A stretch of 64,000 nucleotides of DNA, taken from contig JASLDD010000113.1 of assembly GCA_030151725.1 (NCBI GenBank), forward strand, positions 5,213-69,212, in the 5' to 3' direction. The position numbers were made by a program, and so were the translations under genes. This stretch comes from Solirubrobacteraceae bacterium (GTDB lineage: Bacteria > Actinomycetota > Thermoleophilia > Solirubrobacterales > Solirubrobacteraceae). Below, piece by piece: positions 20,952 through 30,873 of this stretch (positions are counted from its first letter, which is position 1; each line of letters opens with the position of its first letter). The notes beneath the pieces were generated by a model, which saw nothing but the letters and a program-made list of their open reading frames with translations, had not been told where the DNA came from and made no database searches.

Positions 20952-23142
20952 AGAAGGAGGTCAGGGTGAGCAGTTGGGAGGCGTAGCTGAGCACGACCAC
21001 AGCCACGAGGAGAGCGACCCCGGCGCTGAGCATCCAGCGTCGCCCGAATGCATGCAGGGCGCCGACGACGAGGAGCGCCACGGGACCGATGGCGGGGAAC
21101 GCGTAGCGCCCGAATTCAGCGATCAGGGGCCGGGGCACAGCCGAGTAGTAGGCCGCCTCGAAGCCCATGATGACCGCCAGCGGCATCGCGATCAGAGCCA
21201 GCAGTTCGAGCCAGTGTCGCCGCACCCACCCCCACTCGCGCCGCACGGCCCATACCCCGAGGGGGACACTGGCCACCATGGCGAGGAAGATCACGATGTA
21301 GATCTTGTGGGGGAAGAACACGTCGTACCAGCCGAAGGCCGCCCATCCGCGTTCGACGAAGATGACAAAGCCGGGGTACTTGAAGAGGGCGAGCCCCGGA
21401 TGGGTGGAGGGCGGGAAGTGCGGCGTCATGCCGGGAAGCCGCGGCAACAGCGACTGCCACAGGTAGGAGAGGTAGGTGGGGATGTTGTGCAGCGCTTCGT
21501 GAACTGCGCTCGCGTTGGAGCTGATGGCGCCGGAGCCGGTGGCGGAGGCGGAGGGCTGGAGGAGGCCGAGCACGTGGGTGGAGAGCTCGGCCATGGCGAC
21601 CGCGCCCACGGCCACGCCCAGCCATGCGAGCAGGTCGGAGCGGCGGTGGTGGCGCCAGAGCGTCGCCAGGAAGACGAGGCCCGCGACGGGGTAGAGCGAG
21701 AGGCCGGTTCCCTTGACGATCGGCAACGCCACGAGCAGGACGCCGGTGAGAAAGCCCCAGGGGACGGTCATTCCGCGGCGCGGCATGCGGATCAGCAGCA
21801 GCTCGAGGGCGGCGGCGGCGGCGTTTACGCCGACGTCGTTGTTGACGATGCCGGAGATGAACCCGTACATCGGCTCGTAGGCGACGAGCAAAGCGGCGAG
21901 CACGGCCAGCCAGGGTCTGCGGGGCGCAAGCTCACGGGCGAGCAGGTAGGTGAACATGACGACGAGCGCGCCGATGAGGGCCGAGGTGAGGCGCATGAGC
22001 GTCAGCTGCGAGAAGACGGAGCCGCTGCGGGTGAGCAGGTAGGCGGGCGCCAGAGCGAGATAGTAGAGCGGCCCGTGGGCTGCGGAGGTCGTATAGCCAC
22101 CGCCGTCGTCGCGGCGCGGCTTGGTCTTGGCGACCTCGCGGAAGTACTTGGCCTGGGCACTCTCGAGCCACGGCAGGGGTGTGTCGCCGACCTGGTGGTT
22201 GGTGAAGAAGCTGGTGTGTTCGAGCGCGAGGTTCTCGGCCCCCGACCAGCGCCCCAGCGGTGAGACGGGATCGTGACTGGGCCCTTCGCCGCGTTCGACG
22301 AGCGACTGCGCGTAGGCGTAGTGATCGACCTCGTCGGGACCCTGGAACACAGGGCTGATGAGCGCCCAGCAGCTGGCATTGACGGCTGCGATGGCAAACA
22401 GCCAGGCGGCCGTTCGCCGTCCGCGGCCGGCGACGGCGAGAGCGAGGCAGCGCAGGGCGAGCAGCGCGATTGCGGGCAGCACCCCGAACAGCAGCAACGG
22501 ATATGTCCACGGGCCGACGATCCCGGGACGAAAGAGGGCGGCGCGACGGAAGATTTGCCCGGCCATCGAGAGGTAGCTGCGCCGAGACGCGCCGGCGCTC
22601 GGCAGATACCAGACGGCGATGCGTGCGGCGAGCTCCTGGTGGTGGAGTTTGGGGGCGAGGATCGGGGGCTTGGACAGCGGCGTGCCCCCCCATTTGACGG
22701 GCCCGTCGGAGCTCACGCAGATCGAGGCCGGGATGCTCGAGGTTCCGCTGGGGACCTGGGGTATGGAGAAGTCGGCGTTGCTGGGGCGCTGGGGGGTGCT
22801 CGGCGCGGCCGGGAGCTGCGTCTGGAAAGGTCCGCCGGCGCCCTGGGCGTGCAGGACCATGTGCAGGGCGGGACGGACGGCAGTCGTGGTGATGAGGCTG
22901 AGGCGGACGAAGGCGCTCTGCGCAGGGAGCCTCAGCCCGGGGATGCACAGCTGCGTTCCGGGGGCGGTCTGCTCGACGTAGCTGACGGCCTCGACGCTGT
23001 CGGTGCCGGTGTAGTAGAAGCGCGGCTCCAGGCAGTAGTAGGCGACGACGGCCAGCAGCGGGACGGCGCTCAGCGCGGCGACGCGCCACACGCGGCGATC
23101 GCCGGCGAACACCGCCGCCACGATGCGGCGCAGCAAATTCAC
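20944..23142 (-). CDS. DUF2142-like GT-C membrane glycosyltransferase with N-terminal extracytoplasmic domain
   Basis: PVFQGPDEVDHYAY, HGPLYY, IVNND; many TM helices. Start placed at GTG 23142, just after the upstream stop. Confidence 0.72.
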   Translation of the reverse strand: MNLLRRIVAAVFAGDRRVWRVAALSAVPLLAVVAYYCLEPRFYYTGTDSVEAVSYVEQTAPGTQLCIPGLRLPAQSAFVRLSLITTTAVRPALHMVLHAQGAGGPFQTQLPAAPSTPQRPSNADFSIPQVPSGTSSIPASICVSSDGPVKWGGTPLSKPPILAPKLHHQELAARIAVWYLPSAGASRRSYLSMAGQIFRRAALFRPGIVGPWTYPLLLFGVLPAIALLALRCLALAVAGRGRRTAAWLFAIAAVNASCWALISPVFQGPDEVDHYAYAQSLVERGEGPSHDPVSPLGRWSGAENLALEHTSFFTNHQVGDTPLPWLESAQAKYFREVAKTKPRRDDGGGYTTSAAHGPLYYLALAPAYLLTRSGSVFSQLTLMRLTSALIGALVVMFTYLLARELAPRRPWLAVLAALLVAYEPMYGFISGIVNNDVGVNAAAAALELLLIRMPRRGMTVPWGFLTGVLLVALPIVKGTGLSLYPVAGLVFLATLWRHHRRSDLLAWLGVAVGAVAMAELSTHVLGLLQPSASATGSGAISSNASAVHEALHNIPTYLSYLWQSLLPRLPGMTPHFPPSTHPGLALFKYPGFVIFVERGWAAFGWYDVFFPHKIYIVIFLAMVASVPLGVWAVRREWGWVRRHWLELLALIAMPLAVIMGFEAAYYSAVPRPLIAEFGRYAFPAIGPVALLVVGALHAFGRRWMLSAGVALLVAVVVLSYASQLLTLTSFYA

Positions 23143-23144
23143 TC

Positions 23145-24323
23145 TCAGCGTCGGCGCAGACCGAGAATCGACAGCAGGAAGGAGGAGAAGAAGATCTGGA
23201 TCCCGACGATCATCAGCGAGGCGGCGACCATCGCGAGGCGTTCGTCTGAGAGCGAGCCGAACCCGTGCGAGATCCACGTTCCCACGATCACGGCGGCCAT
23301 CACGACGCCCACGAGCAGGAAGGCCCCGCCGAGCAGCAGGCCGTGCTCGAGGCGAAAGCGCAGGCGCATGCGATCGAACCAGGGATCCTTCTCGCCCATG
23401 AAGTAGGTGCCGTAGGCGTGCGCGCACAGCCCCAGGGCGAGCACCTGCGTGCCGACGATCATCAACAGCGCACCGCCGATGAGCGTGTGCAGACCCCAGT
23501 CGCGACCGAAGAAGCTGACGCCGGCTCCGACCAGGATGACGATCAGGGTGCCGACGCCGGCGAGGGCTGCGCCGGGGACGATGAAGAGGTGGTTGGGGCT
23601 GTGAACGAGCAGGAAGCGCAGATGGCGCCAGCCGTCGCGGAAGCTCGAGAGCTTGCTCTCGCCACCGCGGGGGTGATATTCGATCGGGAACTCGGCGATG
23701 CGGAGGTTCTCCTTGGAGGCCCTGATGACCATCTCTGAGGCGAACTCCATGCCGGTGGTGCGCAGGTCCAGGCGCGGCAGCACGTCGCGGCGAAGGGCGC
23801 GCATGCCGCAGTGAGCGTCGTTGATGCCGGTACGGAAGAAGAGGTTGAGCAGCCCGGAGAGCAAGGGGTTGCCGATGTAGCGGTGAAGCCAGGGCATGGC
23901 GCCCGGCTGGATATTGTCCATGCGGTCGCCGATGACCATCTCGGCGCCCTCCTCCAGGGCGGCGACGAAACGGGGGATGTCGTTGAAGTCGTATGTGAGG
24001 TCGGCGTCGGCCATGACGATGTAGCGACCGCTGGAGACCGCGAACCCGGCGAGGTAGGCGCTGCCGTAGCCACGCCTGCGTTCGACCACCACCCGCGCAC
24101 CGGCCTGCTCGGCCAGACGGGCGGAGTCGTCCTCAGAGTCGTTGTCGGCCACGACGACCTCACCGGCTACGCCCATGCGCTCGATGGCGGCGAGGGCGGC
24201 GGTGACGCAGGTCTCGATGTTCTCGGCCTCGTTGAGGCAGGGGATCACGACCGACACGAGGGGGGTCTTTGCGCCGTGTGGATCGAGCGCTTGAGGGGAG
24301 CTTGTCTGGGCGAGTGTGCTCAT
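23145..24323 (-). CDS. Polyprenol-phosphate glycosyltransferase (DPM1-like GT2 with C-terminal TM helices)
   Basis: VSVVIPCLNE, RRGYGSA, MADADLTY, DAHCGMR, GMEFASEM, GESKL; four hydrophobic C-terminal helices. Confidence 0.88.
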   Translation of the reverse strand: MSTLAQTSSPQALDPHGAKTPLVSVVIPCLNEAENIETCVTAALAAIERMGVAGEVVVADNDSEDDSARLAEQAGARVVVERRRGYGSAYLAGFAVSSGRYIVMADADLTYDFNDIPRFVAALEEGAEMVIGDRMDNIQPGAMPWLHRYIGNPLLSGLLNLFFRTGINDAHCGMRALRRDVLPRLDLRTTGMEFASEMVIRASKENLRIAEFPIEYHPRGGESKLSSFRDGWRHLRFLLVHSPNHLFIVPGAALAGVGTLIVILVGAGVSFFGRDWGLHTLIGGALLMIVGTQVLALGLCAHAYGTYFMGEKDPWFDRMRLRFRLEHGLLLGGAFLLVGVVMAAVIVGTWISHGFGSLSDERLAMVAASLMIVGIQIFFSSFLLSILGLRRR

Positions 24324-24445
24324 CGGCTGAGTGAGACCCGTCTATGGCGCCGAGGCTGGGCGTCGGCTACCCGGTTATAACGCCCCGAAGGGCGGAAAGT
24401 GGCGCAGGAACGGGCGGCGCACCGACGAGATGAGATGCTAGCGGG

Positions 24446-25600
24446 ATGCGCATCTGCGTTGTCTACGACTGCCTGTACCCCTACACGATCGGGGGAGCCG
24501 AGCGCTGGTATCGAAACCTGGCCGAGCGCTTGGCGGCCGATGGGCATGAGGTGACCTACCTGACGCTGCGCCAGTGGCAGCGCGGAGAAGCGCTGGACGT
24601 GGACCCGCGCGTAAGGATCGCGGCGGCTGGGCCGCGCATGGCGCTGTACACGACTGCGGGCCGGCGACGGATCCTGCCGCCGCTGGTGTTCGGCGTGGGC
24701 ACGTTCTTCCATCTCCTGCGCCATGGGCGCCGCTACGAGGTGGTGCACTGCTGCGCATTTCCGTACTTCTCGCTTCTGGCGGCGGCGCTCTTGCGGCCGG
24801 CGATGGGCTTTGGCCTGGTGGTGGATTGGTTTGAGGTGTGGAGCCGCTCCTACTGGAACGACTACCTGGGCGGCCTTGGCGGTCGCGTGGGAGCGCTCGT
24901 TCAGCGCCTGTGCGCACGGGTGCCCCAGCGCGCGTTCTGCTTCTCGGAGCTCCATGCGCAGCGCTTGCGGGAGGAGGGCCTGAAGGGCCCGGTGAGCGTG
25001 CTGCGAGGTCTGTATCGCGGCCCCACCCACGCTTCGCCGTCGCTGGCGGAGCACGCGAGCGAGCCACTGGTGCTGTTCGCGGGGCGGATGATCGCCGAGA
25101 AGCAGGCGCCGCTGGGGGTCGCGGCGATCGCACTGGCCGCCAAGAGGATCCCGGGCCTGCGCGGCGAGTTCCTGGGCGATGGCCCGAAGCGGGGGGAAGT
25201 GCAGGCGGCGATCGCAGAGCACGGGCTGCAGGAGACGGTGTCGGCGCCGGGCTTTGCGGAGGCGGATGAGCTGGATGCAGAGATGCGCAGGGCGATGTGC
25301 GTGCTGTTGCCGTCCAGGCGCGAGGGCTACGGGATGGTCGTAGTGGAGGCCTCGGCGCGAGGTACGCCGAGCGTGGTGGTGGCAGGTGAGGACAACGCGG
25401 CGACGGAGCTGGTGGAGGAGGGCGTAAACGGCGTCATCGCGCCACGCTCGGATGCGCAGGCGCTAGCCGATGCGATCGTGCTGGCGCACGAGGGCGGAGC
25501 GGCGCTGCGCGAGAGCACGGCACGCTGGTTTGCGGCGAACGCGGAGCAGCTCTCCCTGGAGTCTTCGCTGCGCAAGGTGCTCGAGATCTACGCGAGCTGA
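24446..25600 (+). CDS. Glycosyltransferase family 4
   Basis: YPYTIGGAERW, FAGRMIAEK, PSRREGYGMVVVEA. Confidence 0.9.
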   Translation: MRICVVYDCLYPYTIGGAERWYRNLAERLAADGHEVTYLTLRQWQRGEALDVDPRVRIAAAGPRMALYTTAGRRRILPPLVFGVGTFFHLLRHGRRYEVVHCCAFPYFSLLAAALLRPAMGFGLVVDWFEVWSRSYWNDYLGGLGGRVGALVQRLCARVPQRAFCFSELHAQRLREEGLKGPVSVLRGLYRGPTHASPSLAEHASEPLVLFAGRMIAEKQAPLGVAAIALAAKRIPGLRGEFLGDGPKRGEVQAAIAEHGLQETVSAPGFAEADELDAEMRRAMCVLLPSRREGYGMVVVEASARGTPSVVVAGEDNAATELVEEGVNGVIAPRSDAQALADAIVLAHEGGAALRESTARWFAANAEQLSLESSLRKVLEIYAS

Positions 25601-25604
25601 CGGC

Positions 25605-25631
25605 TTTTGGGAGACGCGTCCGCGTGCTCCC
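25605..25631 (+). repeat. Short extragenic hairpin, repeat family B copy 1
   Basis: TTTTGGGAGACGCGTCCGCGTGCTCCC directly after a stop codon; homologous to the reverse complement of 42728..42756. Confidence 0.6.
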
Positions 25632-25653
25632 GCTCAGGCCCTGTCGGCGCCGG

Positions 25654-26811
25654 TCACCGCAGCTGTCGGTGCTGCATCGCATGGGCATAGCTGTCGAGCG
25701 TGAGGCGAGCGGTGCGCTCCCAGGTGAAGAGCTGGGCGCGCACGCGCCCGAGCGCCCGCAGTCGCCCGCGCAGGTCGCGGTCGCCGAGGATCCGCTGCAG
25801 AGCAGCGGCGATCTGCGCCTCGTCGCGGGGGTCGAACAGGAGGGCTGCATCGCCGGCGACCTCTGGCAGCGACGATGTGTTGGAGCAGGCGACGGGCACC
25901 CCGCGTGCCATCGCCTCGAGCACGGGCAGCCCGAAGCCCTCATACAGCGAGGGGAACACGAACGCCTCCGCGATCGACCACAGGCCCTCGAGCTCGGCGT
26001 CTTGCACCCAGCCGCACAGGCGCACGTCATCGGCGACGCCGGCCTGCTGCGCGCGCTCGCGCAGCTCGCCCTCGTGCCAGGTGCCATAGCCGGGCAGCAC
26101 GAGCAGGGGGCGCTCATCGACGGGCAGTCGGCCCAGGGCGCCGATGAGGGCGGCGAGGTTCTTGTGGGGGCGCTTGGCGGAGAGGCCGAGTAGGACGCGA
26201 CGATCGCCCAGCTCGAAGCGGGAGCGCAGCTCACCCTCGGCCATGGGGGTCTCGCGCTGAACGGATCCGAGACCCAGCGGCACGACGTCGATGCGCTCCT
26301 CGGGGACGCCGAGGAGGCTCACGAGATCGGCGCGTGTGCTGTGGGAGTCGGCAATCACCCTGTGGGAGCGACGGGCGGCCACCGGCACGAGCACCTTCAT
26401 GCCCTTCTCGCGCAGGCCGGAGTGCGCGTCGGGAAAGCGCGCGTAGATGAGGTCGTGAACGGTGGTGACACGTTGGAAGCGCCCCCACACGGGGGCGGTG
26501 CTGGCCATGCTGTGCATGAGCTGCACGTGGGCGCGCGCGCCGAGGATGGGCAGCAGTGTCTGCTCGCCGAACACCCACTGCTTGCGGTCGCGCGCGTTGA
26601 CGGGCACGGTGACGGCGGGCAAAAGCTCTCCCCAGGGACCGTCGTCCGCGGCGGCGGCCTCGCGGTTGACGAACGCGGTGAAGCGCATGCCGGGCGGCGC
26701 GACGGCGTGCAGCGCGGGGATCAACTCGCGGGCGACGACCTCCATGCCGCCGGTCTCACCCGGCACGAGGAAGATCAGGTTGAGGCCGATGTGTAGCCGG
26801 GAGGCGGTCAA
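25654..26811 (-). CDS. Glycosyltransferase family 4 (MtfB/WbpY-like)
   Basis: [32 protein letters not shown]. Confidence 0.92.
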   Translation of the reverse strand: MTASRLHIGLNLIFLVPGETGGMEVVARELIPALHAVAPPGMRFTAFVNREAAAADDGPWGELLPAVTVPVNARDRKQWVFGEQTLLPILGARAHVQLMHSMASTAPVWGRFQRVTTVHDLIYARFPDAHSGLREKGMKVLVPVAARRSHRVIADSHSTRADLVSLLGVPEERIDVVPLGLGSVQRETPMAEGELRSRFELGDRRVLLGLSAKRPHKNLAALIGALGRLPVDERPLLVLPGYGTWHEGELRERAQQAGVADDVRLCGWVQDAELEGLWSIAEAFVFPSLYEGFGLPVLEAMARGVPVACSNTSSLPEVAGDAALLFDPRDEAQIAAALQRILGDRDLRGRLRALGRVRAQLFTWERTARLTLDSYAHAMQHRQLR

Positions 26812-26896
26812 GGGAGGGGAAGGCTAGTGATCGACACCGCCGCCGCGTGAGCGTGGACGGCGGGTCTGACGTTGACGCCCCCTACGATGGGGCTCA

Positions 26897-27853
26897 ATGT
26901 CTCCCTCTGTCGACGTGGTGATCGTCGCCTACAACCGCTACGAGCTCACAGACAGCTGTCTACGCCACTTGGGCGAGCAGACGCTAGCCCCGCGGGTGAT
27001 CGTGGTGGACAACGGCTCCACGGACGACACGCGGGCACGCGTGAGCGCGGAGTGGCCGCAGGTGCACGTGGAGAGCTTCGATGAGAACCGCGGCTTTGCC
27101 GAGGCGTGCAACCGTGGCGTGGCGGCAGGCTCGGGGGAGTTCGTGGTGCTGCTCAACAACGACGTGGACGTGCACCGAGATTTCGTGGAGCGCGTGGTGG
27201 CGCCACTGCAGGAGGACCCGGCGATGGGCTCGGTGGCGGCACTAATGCTGCAGCCGGGCGAGCGCTTCATCGACAGCGCGGGCCTGGTGGCGGACACGGC
27301 GCTTGCGAGCTTCCCGCGTCTGCAGGGCCAGGAGGTGGGGCTGGCGCGCTCGGAACGCCCGGTGCTGATGGGACCGGCGGGCACGGCAGCGGCGTACAGA
27401 CGCTTGGCGTGGGAGCAGGCGGGTGGTCTGGACGAGGCGATATTCGCCTACATGGAGGACTTCGACCTGGCGCTGCGGCTGCGGGCAGCGGGCTGGAAGA
27501 CGACGCTGGCGAGCGACGCTGTGGGCGTGCACCTGGGGTCGGCCACACACGGTCACCGCTCAGCGTGGCAGCGGCGTCACGGCGGCTTCGGACGCGGTTA
27601 TCTGCTGCGTCGCTATGGCCTACTGCGAGGACGCGGCGCTGTGCGCACGCTGGCGACGGAGACGGTGGTGGTGGCGGCGGACCTGGTGATCTCACGCGAC
27701 CTGGCGGCGCTCAGCGGGCGGCTGTCGGGGTGGCGAGCGGGCGCGGGCGCACCGAGGAGGCTGCCACCGCCGGCGGAGGCGACGGACCACACGATCACGT
27801 TTGTGGACTCGCTGAGTATGAGGCGAGGCGTGTATGGCCGCCGCGCCGCCTGA
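26897..27853 (+). CDS. Glycosyltransferase family 2
   Basis: VDNGSTD, NRGFAEACN, LLNND, YMEDFDL. Confidence 0.9.
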   Translation: MSPSVDVVIVAYNRYELTDSCLRHLGEQTLAPRVIVVDNGSTDDTRARVSAEWPQVHVESFDENRGFAEACNRGVAAGSGEFVVLLNNDVDVHRDFVERVVAPLQEDPAMGSVAALMLQPGERFIDSAGLVADTALASFPRLQGQEVGLARSERPVLMGPAGTAAAYRRLAWEQAGGLDEAIFAYMEDFDLALRLRAAGWKTTLASDAVGVHLGSATHGHRSAWQRRHGGFGRGYLLRRYGLLRGRGAVRTLATETVVVAADLVISRDLAALSGRLSGWRAGAGAPRRLPPPAEATDHTITFVDSLSMRRGVYGRRAA

Positions 27854-27866
27854 GCGCGGCGTGGGC

Positions 27867-29165
27867 GTGACCGGTCCGAACGTCCTGTTCATCTGCGCGG
27901 ATCCTGTGGGCGAGCAGATGGCGGGGCTGGGGATCCGCTGCTGGGAGCTGGCACGCGCACTGAGCAGCGGGGCGCAGGTAACGGTGGCCCATGGGGGAAG
28001 CGAGGAGGGGGAGCGCGAGGGCGTACGACTGATCGCCTTCCGCCCACATGCGCCGCAGGCGCTGCGCGAGCCGATCGCGCAGGCGGACACGGTGATCGCC
28101 CACCCGCAGTGGCCGCTTGCGGATCGCTGGCTGAGGCGCTCGCAGGCGAGGGTGATCGTGGACCTGTACTGCCCGGAGACGCTCGAGACGCTCGAGCTGC
28201 TGGCGGGCGGGAGCGCGCTGGTCCGCCGCCAGCACACGGCCACGACGATCGACCGCCTGCACGCGGCGCTGCGCACGGGGCACAACTTCATGTGCGCGAG
28301 TGAGACCCAGCGGGACCTGTGGCTGGGCAGCATGCTGGCCCTGCGGATGATCGGCCCAGAGCTGTACGACCGCGATCAGAGCCTGCGCGAGACGATCGAC
28401 GTGGTGCCGTTTGGACTGCCCGAGGCGCCGCCCTCGCCGAGCGCCGCGGACGGCCCGCGGGCGGCGATCGCGGCCCTCGAGCCGGACAGCGAGATCGTGC
28501 TGTGGAACGGCGGCATCTGGAGCTGGCTGGACGCGGAGAGCGCGATCCGCGCGGTGGTGGCGCTGGCGGCGCGTCGGCCGAAGGTGCGGCTGGTGTTCAT
28601 GGGCGTGGCGGCCACGCACCCGGCGGGCGCAGCGGCGGCGGAGGCGGCACGGAGCGTCGCGCGCGAGCTTGGCGCGCTTGACACGATCGTGCACTTCCAC
28701 GACTGGATCCCGTACGGGCAGCGAGGCGCGTGGCTGGCGGAGGCTGCGTGCGCGATCTCTGCGGCGGCCGAGCACCTGGAGACCCGCTTCGCCTACCGGA
28801 CGCGCCTGCTGGACTGCTTCTGGGCGGGCCTGCCGGTGGTGTGCACGAGCGGCGACGAGCTCGCCGAGCGCGTCGAGCGCGAGCGGCTGGGCGCGGTGGC
28901 GCCGGCGGGCGACGTGGAGGCGCTGGCCGCGACGCTGGGGCGAGTCCTGGAGACGGGACGGGACGCCTACGCGGACGCGCTGGGCGCGGCGGCTACGCAG
29001 CAGACGTGGCCGCGGGTGGCCGCTCCGATCAAGCGTTGGATCTCACAGCCGAGGCCGAGCAGCCGCCCGGGAGAGGGCCGTGAAGTCGTGCGTGCGCCGG
29101 TTGTGCAGCGACTGCGGGAAGCGGCCTACCGGGCGGGCGGCCGCGCGGTTCTGGCACGGCGGTAG
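27867..29165 (+). CDS. Glycosyltransferase, GT4-like
   Basis: MAGLGIRCWELA, VLWNGGIWSWLD, HLETRFAYRTRLLD. Start GTG at 27861 or 27867. Confidence 0.75.
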   Translation: MTGPNVLFICADPVGEQMAGLGIRCWELARALSSGAQVTVAHGGSEEGEREGVRLIAFRPHAPQALREPIAQADTVIAHPQWPLADRWLRRSQARVIVDLYCPETLETLELLAGGSALVRRQHTATTIDRLHAALRTGHNFMCASETQRDLWLGSMLALRMIGPELYDRDQSLRETIDVVPFGLPEAPPSPSAADGPRAAIAALEPDSEIVLWNGGIWSWLDAESAIRAVVALAARRPKVRLVFMGVAATHPAGAAAAEAARSVARELGALDTIVHFHDWIPYGQRGAWLAEAACAISAAAEHLETRFAYRTRLLDCFWAGLPVVCTSGDELAERVERERLGAVAPAGDVEALAATLGRVLETGRDAYADALGAAATQQTWPRVAAPIKRWISQPRPSSRPGEGREVVRAPVVQRLREAAYRAGGRAVLARR

Positions 29166-29182
29166 AGACCCGCCTGCTTTGG

Positions 29183-29599
29183 TCACAAAGTGGTGAGCAG
29201 CTCGACGTCGCGTCCTTGGCTCAGAGCCAGAATCCCGGAATCGAAGGTCACAAGGTGTACTCCGTGGCGACGTGCAAGTGTGAGTAGGTGTGCATCGGTC
29301 ACCTGACGGTAGCCCGTCAGGGTGGGCACATCGCTGTCATTCAGCGAGACGTCGTCGGACAAGAACCGATGGCCCTCGTGAGCCCTCATCACCATCAAGG
29401 CTCCGCGTGCATCCTCGATCCCGATGGCGATCGGGAGTGCCTTCGGGCTGGAAGACACGCGCACGAAGCCGCTCTCGGTCAATGGACAGGTAGCCCACCC
29501 AGATGCACCGTTCTCGGCAAACCATGCGCGGGCTCTCGCATGGTGCACGTGTGAGTCCCAGGCAAGCGCCACGAGCGCATTGACGTCGAGCAGCGCCAC
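29183..29599 (-). CDS. vapC: VapC PIN-domain ribonuclease toxin
   Basis: LLDVNALVAL, CPLTESGFVR, QVTDAHL, LVTFD: the acidic PIN residues are present. Confidence 0.92.
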   Translation of the reverse strand: MALLDVNALVALAWDSHVHHARARAWFAENGASGWATCPLTESGFVRVSSSPKALPIAIGIEDARGALMVMRAHEGHRFLSDDVSLNDSDVPTLTGYRQVTDAHLLTLARRHGVHLVTFDSGILALSQGRDVELLTTL

Positions 29600-29608
29600 T
29601 CTGGAGCG

Positions 29609-29830
29609 TCAGTCCTCTTCGAGCCCGCGTCTCACCATCTCCGGGGTGATGGCCGGCGTGCCCGCGGGTACCCGGATCGTCGGGAGCCCATCGACGGTCT
29701 CTATGCGCGCAGGCGTCAAACCTCGGCGAGCCAGCTCAGATATGACGGAACCAAGCGAGCGACGCTCGCCTACAGCCAACTCTCTCGCAGCAGCCACTAC
29801 ATCGTCGTCGATCGTAAGGGTCGTTCGCAT
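29609..29830 (-). CDS. vapB: VapB ribbon-helix-helix antitoxin
   Basis: MRTTLTIDDDV...SLGSVISELARRGL; directly upstream of vapC. Confidence 0.9.
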   Translation of the reverse strand: MRTTLTIDDDVVAAARELAVGERRSLGSVISELARRGLTPARIETVDGLPTIRVPAGTPAITPEMVRRGLEED

Positions 29831-29831
29831 C

Positions 29832-29854
29832 TGTTTGATGCTATCGCATCAACA
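29832..29854 (-). promoter_or_regulatory. vapBC leaderless promoter with overlapping palindromic operator
   Basis: Inverted repeat TTGATGC-TATC-GCATCAA (29835..29852). On the minus strand TAGCAT lies 7 nt before the vapB ATG. Confidence 0.72.
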
Positions 29855-29856
29855 CA

Positions 29857-30873
29857 TCACGGCGCAATCGTCGGTAGGCGCGAACCACGCATCAATGCGC
29901 TTCCTCCCGCAGCCACCGCCCTCCAAGCGCCTGCCTCCTCGGGGCGCGAGCGGGCGAACAGCACGATTCGCGGCACGCTCACGGCGACCGCGGTCAGACC
30001 GAGGACCATGCGCCGTGCGCGCCCGAAATGCGCATTGCCGTAGTGGAGGATGCCGTGGTAGATGGAGCGGATCCGCTGGCTCTTGCTCCAGCGCCCGAAT
30101 GTGCCGCCGCCGAGGTGGCGGAAGACGGCCTCGGGGACGTAGAGGATCGGCCCGCGGGCGCTGAGGCGCAGCAGCAGATCGGAGTCCTCGAACCAGAACC
30201 AGAAGCGCTCATCCAGGCCGCCTACTGCCTGAAGGACGGCGCGGGGCACCATCAGCGCGGCGGCTGCAGGCTGGGCGTCGATGACCTGCACGCCGCTGTC
30301 GTGGGTGTGTACGCCGTGGTAGCGGCGAGTGATGGGATTGAAGGGCCACAGCTCCTCGATGCCGAGCATGATCACGAGGAAGTTGGCGAGTGTGGGGAAG
30401 GGCCGCGGGCGATAGCCGCTCTGGGTCTGGAGGGTGTCGGGGTCGACCAGGCGCCCGCCCGCCGCGACCGCATAGGGGTGCTCCTGCAGTGCACGAACCA
30501 GGAGCTCGACGGCGCCGGGTATGACGAGGATGTCCGAGTTGAGCAGCAGTACGTAGGGCGCATGGCCGAGCTCGACGCCGCGGTTGTTGGCCGCTGCGAA
30601 CCCATGGGGCATCTCGAGCGGGACGACGGTCGTGCGCCGGGCCAGCTCCTCGCGCGCCGCCCCCGCACGGGGGTCGAAGGCGTTGTCCACGACCATCACC
30701 TGCGCAACCGCAGTCGAGCTCTCGAGCTCGGCGACGCAGGCGAGGGTCATGTCGGCCATATCGGCTGAGACGATCACCACGTCCACGAGCGCCTGCCGGT
30801 CGAGGGGGGAGCCGTCGGGTGGGGGGTCGCGGGGAGCGTCGGGTGGAGAGGGAGGTAGCTTGTCCGCTTCCAT
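29857..30873 (-). CDS. Glycosyltransferase family 2 (WbbL-like)
   Basis: VVDNA, GFAAANN, LLLNSD, FWFEDSD, FRHLGG. Confidence 0.88.
   Translation of the reverse strand: MEADKLPPSPPDAPRDPPPDGSPLDRQALVDVVIVSADMADMTLACVAELESSTAVAQVMVVDNAFDPRAGAAREELARRTTVVPLEMPHGFAAANNRGVELGHAPYVLLLNSDILVIPGAVELLVRALQEHPYAVAAGGRLVDPDTLQTQSGYRPRPFPTLANFLVIMLGIEELWPFNPITRRYHGVHTHDSGVQVIDAQPAAAALMVPRAVLQAVGGLDERFWFWFEDSDLLLRLSARGPILYVPEAVFRHLGGGTFGRWSKSQRIRSIYHGILHYGNAHFGRARRMVLGLTAVAVSVPRIVLFARSRPEEAGAWRAVAAGGSALMRGSRLPTIAP

Noticed and set aside
24374..24381. GTTATAAC palindrome as another family A copy
   Set aside because: Only 8 bp and the flanks do not match; more likely a -10 element in a divergent promoter region.
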